Source of the DNA: Diplonema japonicum
Taxonomy: Eukaryota > Protista > Euglenozoa: Diplonemea
Length of the DNA: 64,000 nucleotides
Assembly: GCA_964019335.1 (NCBI GenBank)
Contig: OZ025704.1
Span: 124,001 to 188,000, forward strand
Direction: 5' to 3'
Positions within the stretch are counted from its first letter, which is position 1. Each line of letters starts with the position of its first letter. The notes beneath the pieces were generated by a model, which saw nothing but the letters and a program-made list of their open reading frames with translations, was not told the DNA's origin and ran no database searches. This document shows positions 46,986 through 58,260 of this stretch, in pieces. A program made the translations under genes and the position numbers.

Positions 46986-49166
46986 ATGCAATTAAATGTA
47001 AAGAGAAAAAAAGTTTTTGGAGGAACCGCAGACCACGTGTCAGAGAACGGCTCGGTCCAGAGGCGGAGGGGTTTGGTCAAGATTCAGGTGGTGGTCCGCG
47101 TCAGGCCGCTGGCGGGGAACAAGGAGGGCATTTTAAAAACCACGGAAAAAAACAGGGTCTCAGTCATCATAGGAACCAGAAGAGAGCCACGAACATTCGC
47201 CTTCGACTCCGTCCTCAGCGGCGGCGACGACATAACAAACCGCGCGGTTTTGAACCACATAATAACCCCATCATTAAACAACGCCACCAAGGGTTTACAC
47301 ACATCACTCCTCGCAGTCGGAAGCGACAACATTAAACGTTCAAGATTAACCGCTTTCGACCTAGCCCATAAGTCTCTATCCGAAATATTCGGAAAAACCC
47401 AAGCACGACACGTAGAAATCTCCTGCTGCCAGATAGACCACGACAACTCCATAAAATGCCTATTCGCGCCTGAAAAAGGTTTCTTGAAAATCAGAGAACA
47501 TCCTGCAGCAGGGCCTTATGTCGATGACCTAACATCTTACGTAGCAAAAGACTACCCCGGGTCCAGACGGCTTCTCGACACGGTGGAACGAAGCAGGGAC
47601 CAACGGTCCCACGTTATTCTCACATTGTCTGTAAATGTAGGCGGGAAAACCGCGCGGATATTAATCGCGGATATTCTGCAACGAGACGCCGTTCCAAGGA
47701 AAACTGCAGCGTCTCTGGCATCGCTGTCGAGGGTGGCTCACTTGCAAAGCCAGTCATCACAACACACTCCATACCGTGAGACCGCGTTGACGTGGCTGCT
47801 CAAAGACGGTTTGTGCGGGAACTCAAAAACTATTGTTTTGTCATCTGTGTCGCAGATTCCTGCGGATCTCGACGACACGCTTGCGGTCTTGAAATTTTCC
47901 GAACAAGCGTGCGGGATGTACACGTCCCCTACTGCCTCCGTGATGAACGGCAAGCAGGGCGTCGTCACCGATCTCAAAAAAGAGATCAAAACTCTTGAAG
48001 ATCGTCTTAAAAAAAGCACCGACCGCGAGCTTGTCGAAACGCTGAACCAAAACCAGCGTTTGATGAAACGCCTCACAAGCACGTGGGACGAGAAGTGGAG
48101 GGAAACCGTCAACGAGCTTCAAATCAAGGAAAGAGAAGCCTCGCGTTTGGAAGAAGAAAAGGAAGACCTCAAAACCCAATTAATGCAAACAAGAGCAGAG
48201 CTCCTCCGAACCCGTGAAATGCGAACTATGGACCACGAGAAACTGGAGAATCTCATAGGAACTGTTCAGGCAACCCGCGACACGAAAAGCATCAAAGAAG
48301 AGCTTCGGAGAATAAAAACCGGTTACGGTGCTACATCACAACCATCGGCGACTTTACCAAGAAGATCACCGACACCAGCACCAAATATCGGTAACAAACG
48401 GCTTCCTCCAGGATCACGGCCGACAAAAGACAATTCAACATTCGCCATGCCCATCAGCGATACAGAGAGCACGGGGTCGTTGGGGTCCGAGCTGATGTTC
48501 AGAAAAATCCCGCCTAGTTCTCAGCGTACCGCTCCAGAAAGCCTTTCTAAATCATACGAAAAAGCACGGGGCACCGCTGTCGGGTTCGGTGCGTCATCAA
48601 CATACAAAAAATACGATTTTTCAAAACCACCGCAACGCGTTCAACCAACCTCCAAACCAGCACCTGTTGTAAGAGATGATAACAGTGTTAAAGCTTCATT
48701 GACAAGAGGGCAACAATTGTTTCAAGAATTAACCTCTCAGTACGGAAACGGGCCGAGCATGGGGAGGAAGGTAATTTTGCAACCGTCTCGAAAAGAAAAA
48801 CAAAAACCGGTAAAAATTGAAATAGATGCGAGTTCGTCAGGATCAGGGTTTGCAACCTCTCCACGTAGAGCGGCACCTGCGTCACGAAGAACGCCTTCTC
48901 CCATACACCCCCGCCATACAGAGGAGATTTTAGAATGGGAAGATGATTCTTATAACCGTGAATGGCAGGAGCAGACGGTCAACAATACCAACGAAGCTAT
49001 TCTGATCTCGGAGGCGAATCGTAGGAGGATTGATGTCCAATACCGGTTGAACCAGACCCCATCCAGTTCTGATGCCGCTGCCACCCCGAAGCGTATTAGC
49101 TTCAATTTGAAGCCTTCCGTGATTGAGTATCCAAGTGTGGAGCTGCTACCGGAACATGCTTGTTAA
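46986..49166 (+). CDS. Kinesin-like protein (kinesin-3-like motor fold) with degenerate ATPase motifs, coiled coil and disordered tail
   Basis: IQVVVRVRPL, FAFDSV, LKIREHPAAGPYVDDL, TPYRETALTWLLKDGLCGNSKT; P-loop and switch motifs altered. Confidence 0.88.
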   Translation: MQLNVKRKKVFGGTADHVSENGSVQRRRGLVKIQVVVRVRPLAGNKEGILKTTEKNRVSVIIGTRREPRTFAFDSVLSGGDDITNRAVLNHIITPSLNNATKGLHTSLLAVGSDNIKRSRLTAFDLAHKSLSEIFGKTQARHVEISCCQIDHDNSIKCLFAPEKGFLKIREHPAAGPYVDDLTSYVAKDYPGSRRLLDTVERSRDQRSHVILTLSVNVGGKTARILIADILQRDAVPRKTAASLASLSRVAHLQSQSSQHTPYRETALTWLLKDGLCGNSKTIVLSSVSQIPADLDDTLAVLKFSEQACGMYTSPTASVMNGKQGVVTDLKKEIKTLEDRLKKSTDRELVETLNQNQRLMKRLTSTWDEKWRETVNELQIKEREASRLEEEKEDLKTQLMQTRAELLRTREMRTMDHEKLENLIGTVQATRDTKSIKEELRRIKTGYGATSQPSATLPRRSPTPAPNIGNKRLPPGSRPTKDNSTFAMPISDTESTGSLGSELMFRKIPPSSQRTAPESLSKSYEKARGTAVGFGASSTYKKYDFSKPPQRVQPTSKPAPVVRDDNSVKASLTRGQQLFQELTSQYGNGPSMGRKVILQPSRKEKQKPVKIEIDASSSGSGFATSPRRAAPASRRTPSPIHPRHTEEILEWEDDSYNREWQEQTVNNTNEAILISEANRRRIDVQYRLNQTPSSSDAAATPKRISFNLKPSVIEYPSVELLPEHAC

Positions 49167-49555
49167 GGGGGGTTTTTTTTTTTGTTTTTTTTTTTTATTA
49201 ACCATAACCATAGTTTTTTTTTTTTTTTTTGGCTTTGTCACCCCCCCCTTTTTTTGGTCGGTCGTCTTTTTTTTTTTTGCTGAAGTAAAAAAAAAGAAAA
49301 AAAGAGAAAAAGAATTGAAAGAAGAAAGAATCTACTTATTCTGCTGCTTTTTCTCCCCACCCCCCTCCCTTTCTTTCTTTTTCTTTTTTTTTTACTGTCC
49401 CCCCCCCCCCCCTCATCCCCTCTTCCCTATTGTATTAAGTTTTCTTTTTTTATTTTTCTCTTTCAAATTATCTGAATTTTTTTGTTCCTCAAAAAACATT
49501 TTTTTTAAAACATAATTCTCAAAGAATCCCAGGGAGGGGAGGGAGAGAGACAACA

Positions 49556-49940
49556 ATGGAGCCCACAAAGGAAATACACATGAGGGCAGCAGGCACCAAG
49601 GGCGCCTTTATCAACAAGAGAGGAGTCATCGACAGTGGTGCTTTCATGAGTGTAGTGGACCATGAGACAGGGAAAGTAATGGGGTTCCACAGACAGGCAG
49701 GGGAGAGAAAATACACGTACAAAACCGACACGGGCGAGGGTGGGTACCTAAAGAGGGACATGGAGCTTGGCATTGGCCACCACCGACCGATACTTGCCCC
49801 TGTAGCCTGGATGCACGCACGAAGCTCAGCTACGGGCGGGACGCAGTCCACCGACCCACTAATAGGACGGCGGGGAGTGTTCAAACACTACGCGGTAACC
49901 TTCTCAGGTGGGGATGGTAAGGTTCACTTTAAGAGAACCA

Positions 49941-49945
<5 letters not shown>
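49556..49945 (+). CDS. Hypothetical protein, 129 aa
   Basis: ATG-to-TAA ORF of coding-like composition bounded by homopolymer spacers; no recognised motif. Confidence 0.6.
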
Positions 49946-49985
<40 letters not shown>

Positions 49986-50111
49986 AATTGCTCATTACAC
50001 GCCACGGGGATTTGCGGGGAATTTTTTTTTTCTTCTCTTCTTTCTTGTCTCTTCTTACCCCAAAGAAAAAAAATCCACAACGAAAAAGGAGGAGGGGGGG
50101 AGGGTGGAGGA

Positions 50112-50995
50112 ATGGACAAATACACCATTACCGACACTATTCTGGGGAAAGGTGGGTTCGCATCTGTGTATCTTGCCCATGTAAACCGGACAGGCGATAA
50201 GGTGGCCGTTAAAAAAACAAAAAAAATTGTGAAGGAAGAGATCTCTATTCTGGAAGTAGTCCGGAGCCACCACTGCGTCCGGTACCTAGAAAGCTTCGAG
50301 GATAAGCACAAAACCTACATCATCATGGAGCTCGTGGAGGGCGTCGACCTTCACCGCAAGATAGAAGAAGAGGGCGCTTTAAGCGAACCCACCTGCAAAG
50401 GAATATGCAGGCAACTAACCTCCGCTGTGGAGTATCTCCACAGGGATCTCAATGTAGCCCACTTCGATGTCAAACCTGAAAATATCATGCTGTGCAACAA
50501 TAATATTGTGAAGATTATTGACTTCGGGTGCTCCAAGAGGTACGACCCTACAGCCGAAAAAAGTATTTTTCGGCCGTGCGGGACGTTATTATATGCAGCA
50601 CCAGAGATTATTGGGAGGGTGCTGGTGTCAGGGGCCTCTCCGATTTCCCTTCCTACAAAGAATCTTGAGGCGTTAGATGTCTACGGGCTGGGTGTTGTTT
50701 TATATTACTGCCACCATGCTTCGCTGCCTTTCTACCCTTCTTCTTGGCCTTCGCTCAAACATCAGTACGAACAGGCGCTTGCCTTGGAACTGTGTTTTTT
50801 GAGCGAACCGTCTGGATTGCTTGCCACTCCTTCACTTTATCTGCACATGATCGCGATGCTCCCAGAGAGCCGTGCCACTCTACGGGAGATCCGGCAGCAT
50901 GTTTATCTAGATGAACAGGCTGCCGCGGGGTATGGGTGCGGCGTGGAGGCCATCTCTGAAACGTCGCTTGTTAAGCGGCGGAGATTGTGTCAGTA

Positions 50996-50996
<1 letters not shown>
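50112..50996 (+). CDS. CAMK-like Ser/Thr protein kinase (~294 aa)
   Basis: LGKGGFASV, VAVK, HFDVKPEN, IIDFG, YAAPE, DVYGLG. Confidence 0.92.
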
Positions 50997-51039
<43 letters not shown>

Positions 51040-51312
51040 GTGACATACTGAAAAAGAAGAAAAGAAAAAAAAAGAGAAGCAAAAAAAAAAAAGATTTCTT
51101 GCCCTACACACCAACTTTATTTTTTTTTTTTTCTTTTGAGAAGAAAAAATGGATTTTCAGTATTTCCGTAAACGGGGAGTGGGGTGTTCCCAGGAGGAAA
51201 TAAAAAAAAAAAAAAAAAAGAGAGAATTTCGTGATATCCCTTGGTTTTCAGGATCTGTACGATACGATACTGCCCCTCCCTCCTTTTTTTTTTTTTTTTG
51301 CATGAACAGGGA

Positions 51313-51343
<31 letters not shown>

Positions 51344-51346
51344 TAA

Positions 51347-52797
51347 AGGGGCCCCCCGAATAATCCCTTTATTTGGGCAGTGGAGGGGGGGTGTTTGGGC
51401 TCCAAAAAAAAAGAATTATTTGGAATACACTTATTTGGGTTGTACTTATTTGGGCTGGGGAGCCTGCCACATGGAAAGCAGGGAGTGGGGCTTAGAGCAC
51501 TTCGGAAATCTTAACATGCCAAATCGTGCCAAGATTTTTTTCATGTCCTTTTTTTTTCCAAGGGAAATTTTTTAACAGTTTTTCTCCCAGGCTGTGGAGA
51601 ACCCACAAACGTTGCAGACAAACCGCCTGGTTTTGGCGTTAGGTGATTGCTGGGAGGTTGTGGGGGTCTGAGAGGCTTGAGAAACTGTCAGGGCTTGAGA
51701 AGCTGCAAGGGCTTGGGAGGCTGCTGGAGTCTCGTCAGGTGTAGTGTCCATTGTAACACCCGCAACAATGTTCTGTGCTGCACTGTCTAAAGCCTGACTC
51801 CTTCAAAGTGCTTACTTCGCTAAGTGCCCTTAGCTGTATGGTCTCCTTGGAACTACCTGGAAGGTAGCCGCGAGATCGCATACAGCTAAAGGTGCCGAGC
51901 AGTTGCATGACCTTTCTCATGTGCCTGCCCTACCCACAGTGCCATGTTGATTCGGCGCTCTGCTGCATTCATCAACCAACGTCCCGCCTTGGCTGCTTGG
52001 GGCATGCCGCAGCCCCCCCTAACCCCTCAAAATGGCAGGAGGTCTGAATCGCCGGTGCCACACAGAAGCAGCTTCACAATACGTACTTTTCCTTTTCAAT
52101 CGATTGTTATATTTGTACTAATAAAATATAGCGTGCATTCGACGGCACTGATTAAGCGACTGGCACCTTCCGAAGAAGGGCCTCCCACATCCGCCGGGTT
52201 GAGCAGAGGATGCCCTGGGGCGGCCGTTCCAGTCTGATCACGTTGCACTATAATATATTTCTCATCTTCTAGAAGCCCTTGTAGCTCGCCAGGCCAGCAC
52301 TCTTACTTGCGTAAGCAGCCTCACAATACCGCCAGTGGGCTACAGCACAGCTTTGGGATCTTGCTCAGGAATGGAATATTGACATTGCGGGCCATGAAAG
52401 TTGTTAACACATGAATCCATGTGCCCCTCCGGCAATGCAGAAGCACCTGGGCCACCCACAAAGCGCCTTTGAACTAAGTAGTTCCATGAAATTTTGAACC
52501 GTTCATCACGAACCATCTAGCTTCTTGCGTTAAGAAAAATAGTCTCCCACAATAACCCCCAGGTGCTAACCCCCGTGGTCCCTGTTCAAAATGCAAAGGA
52601 ATTGCTTGTAAGTGCCCAAAACCAGGCGGAAATCGACTCTTTGGTCAAAAAAGGGGTGTAGTACATGGGTTATGTTGCAGGACTACCATGTGACCCCCCC
52701 ATCCCCCTGGTCCCCCTCCAAAAAAAAAGAAAGGGAGTCGGGAATTATTTGGGAAAAAACACATTATTTGGGAGGGAATTATTTGGGCCCCCCCTTT
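51347..52797. mobile_element. ~1.45-kb non-autonomous TIR DNA element inserted at a TA in a (TA)n microsatellite
   Basis: Ends TA|AAGGGGCCCCCCGAATAAT ... ATTATTTGGGCCCCCCTT|TA; multiple subterminal TTATTTGGG repeats at both ends; one end shared with 25889-26013; no intact ORF; internal 3x18-bp repeat at ~51673-51727. Confidence 0.8.
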
Positions 52798-52868
52798 ATG
52801 TGTTGACAATGAATTGTTAGTGCTGGGCTTATCCTTCAAAGGTGCACGAAACAACAAAAAATTTCAAC

Positions 52869-52903
<35 letters not shown>

Positions 52904-53067
52904 TATTCCCCCTCACTATGAGGGGGAGTCATGATTATTGTATCATGTCTTTTTTTTTTTTTTTTCTTCTTCTTTTTTCTTTCTTCAAAAAAAGAAATCC
53001 TAACACAGGAAGGGGGAGGGAAAAAAAAAGGAGAGGAGGGGGCAGGCTTCGCTGTGCGTGCCTGTAG

Positions 53068-53577
53068 ATGGTGGAGCAGGATGCACGAAGCAAGGTGACA
53101 AAGTACATCGTGTCTGCTAGTGTGGTGAGTGCGGGGTTGTACTCCTTCGTGTTAAGCCACTGCTGGTATGGCCGGGGAGAAGAGGAGGACGAGGAGGACG
53201 CTGGCAAAGAGGACCATCCGATAAAGGAGTCTGAACCCATCATCACCATTGCCTGCAGTATTATAGAAGCTCTGTGCCTTTACCACATGAGCAGATCGAC
53301 TCCAGGGAAGGTGGAGGGCCCCGCCACTGCCTGGCTTGAGGTTTCGGTCCTTGGGTCGCTCCTCTCCGTGTCTTCTAGCCTACTACAAAATTCGGCCTCT
53401 TTCGTGAAAACAAGTAGTTTTCAACCATATCATGTTGGGTATGCATTTTGGACGGGGAAAAAAAAAAAAAAAAAAAAAAAAAAAACCAGGTTTGACGTCT
53501 CACGCATTTGTGGGTCGGCTGCAATGATTCTCGGTGTGGAGCACGCATTGAGGAATTTGTCATCAGACGAAGAATAG
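53068..53577 (+). CDS. Small hypothetical membrane protein (~152 aa); intron 53439-53489
   Basis: Several hydrophobic segments; an in-frame GTATGC..A-tract..CCAG intron removes the poly-Lys artefact. Confidence 0.7.
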   Translation: MVEQDARSKVTKYIVSASVVSAGLYSFVLSHCWYGRGEEEDEEDAGKEDHPIKESEPIITIACSIIEALCLYHMSRSTPGKVEGPATAWLEVSVLGSLLSVSSSLLQNSASFVKTSSFQPYHVGYAFWTGKKKKKKKKKTRFDVSRICGSAAMILGVEHALRNLSSDEE

Positions 53578-53990
53578 GGGGGAGGGGGAGAGAGGGTGGG
53601 GGGGGGGGGGAAGAAAGTGTCAGGATATAATCATTTGTTACTTTGAGGAGGAAAAAGAACGAAGCAGAAAAAAAAAAGAAGAAAAAAAAAAGGAACCGGA
53701 AAAAAAAAAAAAAAAAAAAAAAGGTGACACGTTTTCACGAGTCAGCGAAAGCCACAATTCTTTTTTTTTTATAACCCATAAAAAAGCGGGCGGGGGGGAC
53801 CGAATGCATCAGGTCTGATTTCTTGCTGAATGACACTTTTTTTTTTTTCTTCTTTTTTTTTTTGATGGTGGTGGGGATAACATGAAAATATAAGAAGTAC
53901 ATCAGATGTGTTGTTCGCTGTTGACCTCCTCGTCGGTCACCACCGTAGCGCCCGAGTGGAAGAACGTGCAGCAAACTGCACGAGCGCAGA

Positions 53991-54705
53991 ATCTTGGTTA
54001 CCCGGGACGCCCCGGCTAGGGTTGAGCACACCGCACGCATTAAGGACACGACGCGGAACGCAGAAGAAGCTACAACTCGGCCGAGGAGCGCCCCCTGTAA
54101 TCAAGTAGTAGTTCGTGCTTCATTGCACGCTTAACGCCACCAAGTGTTGCAATCAAAGCCCCATTTTTTTTTTTTATTATTATTTACACCTACAGGTGTC
54201 TAGTAGCTGGTTTTTTAGGCGTCCTGTCACATACCGCAGGTACCCTTAAATGTCTCTTTTTTTTTTCTTTTTTTTTTTTCTTTATCTTTCTGTTTTGGGA
54301 GAGAGGATACCGCCCCCCCCCCCCCCCCCCCAGCTTTATGGGTTTTAAAAAAAAAAAAGAGTGGGATGGTGGAGAGGGGAGGACGAAAAAAAGTAGTACT
54401 TTTGATCACATAGCCCCCCAAAAAAGCCCCCCAAGAGGCGCGCTTCCTGTTTGAGAAGTTTAAAGGACATGAAGAAAAATGTAGCTCTGTGGCGACATAT
54501 ACCTGCATCCAAGGAAGTCTCGTAGTTTTCCCAATGTTTCGAATCGGTTATTGCATTGTTATGTCAAGAGGGTGGTGGGGCTGGCCTTAGCATTTTCTTC
54601 CCCCTCCTTTTGTATCTTGGTTACCAGGGACGCCCTGTAATCAAGTAGATGGTTCGTGCTTCGTTGCACACTTAACACCACTTAGTGTTGCAATCAAAGC
54701 CCCCA
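53991..54705. repeat. Two diverged copies of a short structured motif (53991-54163 and 54614-54705)
   Basis: ATCTTGGTTACC.GGGACGCCC...CTGTAATCAAGTAG...GTTCGTGCTTC.TTGCAC.CTTAAC.CCAC..AGTGTTGCAATCAAAGCCCC followed by a T-run in both copies. Confidence 0.85.
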
Positions 54706-55055
54706 TTTTCTTTTCTTTTTTTTTTTTCTCTTTGTTTCCTATCTTCCTCAAAATTTCCTTTTTTCTTTTTTTTTTGTCATTGGCTTTTTTTTTTTTTTTA
54801 AAAAAAGAATTTTCGCTTCTCTTTCCTCCGATACTTGTGTTTTGTCCCCTCCCTCCCCCCTCTTTTTTTTTGTTTCGAAAAAAAAAAAGAAAACGTACCC
54901 TCAAAAGGGTAGTGCCCAACTAATAAGAGAGATATGAAACGGAGGGGGGGGGGGGGGGGGACAGTTTTCTTTTCCTTCTTTTTTTCTTCTTCCCCCCCCC
55001 CCCCCCCTTTCCTTTCTCGAAAACAACAAAGGTAACATTACGTAAGTACCAAAAA

Positions 55056-56564
55056 ATGACGCGGTCCCAATCGGAGGATGACGCCGGGAGCCCCTCTGTC
55101 CTCTTAGAGGGTATGGAACACGCGAGTGTTATGGAAGTAGTTGAGGTGTACAACACCCTGGAGAAAATAGTAGAAGAGGAGAAGCTAGCAAGACGCTTCA
55201 AACCGCAGGCAGTCCCCCCAGAAATCATGAAAATTCTACATGACAACGAGATGATAGACAGGGACGCAGCACTGGAGGCGTCAATAAATGATGTCGCAAA
55301 ACACTCTGAGGAAATGGTGAATATCGAAGCGAAACTTAAAAACTGGAGGGACGAGCAACGGCCCAACAGGCGGCGGGTCGAAATCTTCAACGACATCCCA
55401 CAAACCACCCTGTGTTTCATCAGAAATATGTTTTATTACATAGCTTCGCTAACCGTTCAAAACGACGATTTTTACGATGAATCATGGGAATGGTGGAAGG
55501 CCCCAGAGGTCCGTTCTTCTTACGACCAACTCGGCTTCGAATGGAAAGCTGTTCTCCAGGGCAGCACAATCGATTCCACCGAACGAGAAATCCACACCAG
55601 AGAAACGTACTACAAGGAGGTAACCTGGTGGCAAGCACCCGAGTACGTACACGCCTTCCAAACTGAAAAAAACAACCCCGATTCCCAACGATGGACGACA
55701 CCCGAATTCTTTGAAGAATTCCAATCTACAGGAGTTGTACCCGGAATCGATGAGCTTAGCCCCGAAGAGGCCTCCTACCGGGAAACCTTTTACAAAGAAA
55801 AGAGCCCTGTGATACGTAAATGGGCTGCTGCAACAGAAACCGATCTGCATTTATGCTCTGAAGAAGAAGAAGCACAACGTATTTTCTACTACACTCATGG
55901 ATCATGGTGGGCTCAGGATCTCCACATTGCGATGTTTGAGATTCAAGGGAAAAGTTCGAATTTTGCCCTGTATCGTGTTGAAAATCCGGAATTCGTTTGG
56001 TGGATGGCCCCCATATATGTGGAGGATTATTGGAAGGCGGAGAGCGAAGGATTGATCAACCACCCCAGTGACCAACAAACGAAATGGTACGAATCCCATT
56101 CCTGGGTCTGCGAAAAAAATTTTAAAAATTTTTTAAACGGAAGCGAGGAATGGTTTAACGGGGTGGAGGAGGGTTCACCTGCTTACTATGAACGTCTGGA
56201 ATACTTCTCAAACCGAATCACCGACACGGAGCTGGAGGACCGCTGTCGTTGGGTCAAAGAGACGCGAAAGCGATTCTTGAAGATGAAAAAGGAAGATCTG
56301 GCAGAATACCTGAAGGCAATTAATGAGGACGATCCTGCCACCCCCACTATGCAGGAGGCCATTGTTTCACAACTACCCGACCCTTTTGATTTCTGCGATA
56401 TTTTGCCGTTGTTGTCACGATTCGAATTCATCATACCCCTGTCCCAAGAGGAACTGCACCACCAGGCCGAGCAACACGTTTTGCGTCTGAGGAGCGAGGA
56501 ACTCCTGGCGGCGGAGGAGGAGGCGTACTTCCTTGCCAATTTACAACCAGACAACGCAGAGTAA
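55056..56564 (+). CDS. Hypothetical acidic protein with Trp-rich WW.AP.Y repeats, 502 aa
   Basis: Long ORF; repeats WWKAPE, WWQAPEY, WWAQD, WWMAPIY. Confidence 0.8.
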   Translation: MTRSQSEDDAGSPSVLLEGMEHASVMEVVEVYNTLEKIVEEEKLARRFKPQAVPPEIMKILHDNEMIDRDAALEASINDVAKHSEEMVNIEAKLKNWRDEQRPNRRRVEIFNDIPQTTLCFIRNMFYYIASLTVQNDDFYDESWEWWKAPEVRSSYDQLGFEWKAVLQGSTIDSTEREIHTRETYYKEVTWWQAPEYVHAFQTEKNNPDSQRWTTPEFFEEFQSTGVVPGIDELSPEEASYRETFYKEKSPVIRKWAAATETDLHLCSEEEEAQRIFYYTHGSWWAQDLHIAMFEIQGKSSNFALYRVENPEFVWWMAPIYVEDYWKAESEGLINHPSDQQTKWYESHSWVCEKNFKNFLNGSEEWFNGVEEGSPAYYERLEYFSNRITDTELEDRCRWVKETRKRFLKMKKEDLAEYLKAINEDDPATPTMQEAIVSQLPDPFDFCDILPLLSRFEFIIPLSQEELHHQAEQHVLRLRSEELLAAEEEAYFLANLQPDNAE

Positions 56565-56707
56565 AAAAAAAAAAAAGAAAAAAAGAAAACCTGTACAATT
56601 CTCTCCCCCCTGCTCTCCCCCTCCGTGCTTTGGCTGCACGTCACTGACAATTATCTTTTTTTTTTTTTTTGGCTGTTTTTTTTTTTTTTTTTTATATTTT
56701 ATTTTAC

Positions 56708-56739
<32 letters not shown>

Positions 56740-56843
56740 AAGGGTGGTCCTCGAGTGGGATTTGCCCTTAAACATCGCCTTTTTTTTTTATTTTCTTGTT
56801 TTTAACTAGCTACAAAGAACACAAGTACAGGATAGAAAGGGGG

Positions 56844-57251
56844 ATGACTGAGTCCCCTGTTACACCGGGGATGACACCGTTGGCGGGGCCAATGAGGGAT
56901 TCTTGCCCTGCTGATGACGCCAGAGATGTGGTAAATCCCGTTGGTACAGAGTTGCTGGCAATGAAGGAGTATGTTGGGGGGGGGGGGTGGAAATTTATTT
57001 TTTTCTATGATAGGGGCACCCCAGCCGACCTATCGCCTGCGCAATCGTTTCAACAGTCACCAACCTTCCTTGGGCACAGCTCTCCTTCTTTGGGAATAGT
57101 GTCAATAGCTGACACAGCCCCTCACCGGCCCTCACCGGGTGATACAATGCTGGAAGGGTCATTGGCTGATCCGTGCTTAGACTATTGCCAAACACCGGAT
57201 AGAACTGGTCTGAAGCCAATCTCCCCATTCCCCCAGTCCTCAGGAAGATAG
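56844..57251 (+). CDS. Small Pro/Ser-rich protein or terminal exons of the preceding gene; intron 56969-57013
   Basis: Coding-like composition; in-frame 45-nt GTATGT..TAG intron. A phase-compatible GT(56561)..AG(56809) join to the upstream ORF is also possible. Confidence 0.55.
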   Translation: MTESPVTPGMTPLAGPMRDSCPADDARDVVNPVGTELLAMKEYVGGGGWKFIFFYDRGTPADLSPAQSFQQSPTFLGHSSPSLGIVSIADTAPHRPSPGDTMLEGSLADPCLDYCQTPDRTGLKPISPFPQSSGR

Positions 57252-57400
57252 AGTGACAATGAGAGGGCGGGGTTACACAGGAAAAAAAAAGAAAAGAAAA
57301 AAATATTCGATAAGATTTTCGGTGGGGGGGGGGGGGGGGGGAACGAAAAGAAAAAAGTTTAGGTTTGGTTTTTTCTTTTTCTTTTTTTATTTTTTTTTTT

Positions 57401-58097
57401 TTAATTCTGAGCAGCTTTCTCAAAGAATTTAGGCCGGAAGATATAAATCAGGTTTCACTTTATTTCACGCCCAGACCTGGCGTGAAATAAAGTATCTGAT
57501 TTTTTCCTCATGTTTTTAAGCCAAACGTTGCTGATTTTGCAGGGCGTGAAAATCAGGTACTTTATTTCACGCCCACAGTCATTTCTAGCAAAATGGGAAG
57601 AAAACCGAAGGCGACCGGGAAGCGAGTCAAGGGCATCAGCCTCGAGAAAGAGGCCAAAGCTGTGATGGAAGACACGCTTCCAACGGCAAGCAAAATAGCC
57701 TACAAGAAGGAGTGGGAGAGGTTTTGCACCTACCACTCGATCAAACCCACGCCCCTTCAGCCCTGCCCCCTTCGACACAGCCCACTTCTTCAGTGCACAG
57801 AATCACGTTTGACATAACGGCAACATCAATTCGCCTAATTTATCATACCAAACCCAGTACCGTGTTCAGTAAAGACTCGCGCATTGCGCCGCTACAAGCA
57901 GGCAGCAGCGAAGCCACACTTAGCACCTAAATTCTTTTCGAGAGCAGCTCATCATTAAATAAAATGCAGTATTGAATAAAATCAGAGCATGATTTCACTT
58001 GTGGGCTCCCCTTTTTTGACTCGTTTTTTTACTCGTCAAAAAGGGGACCCCACGCGTGAAATCAGGCTATCTGATTTTCATTTAATAAATAGCTATT
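57401..58097 (+). mobile_element. Diverged non-autonomous tyrosine-recombinase (Crypton-like) element, inverted relative to copies 1/2
   Basis: 3' end ...CACGCGTGAAATCAGGCTATCTGATTTTCATTTAATAAATAGCTATT aligns to the reverse complement of the copy-1 end. ORF at 57593 (EKEAKAVMEDTLPTASKIAYKKEWERFCTYH) resembles a YR N-terminal LP..S...Y...W..F helix. Left boundary approximate. Confidence 0.78.
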
Positions 58098-58221
58098 ATC
58101 GTGATCAACTTTCTTTTTTATATTTTTTTTTTTAAAAAAAAAAAAGAAAATTGCTGTTATGGTCATTCTTTTATTTTCGCTTTTTTTTTTCTTTTTTTTT
58201 TATTATTATTATTATTCTAAT

Positions 58222-58260
<39 letters not shown>

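Noticed and set aside
54614-54705. tRNA gene (GGTTCG, ends near CCA + T-run)
   Set aside because: No cloverleaf or acceptor stem; B-box match incomplete.
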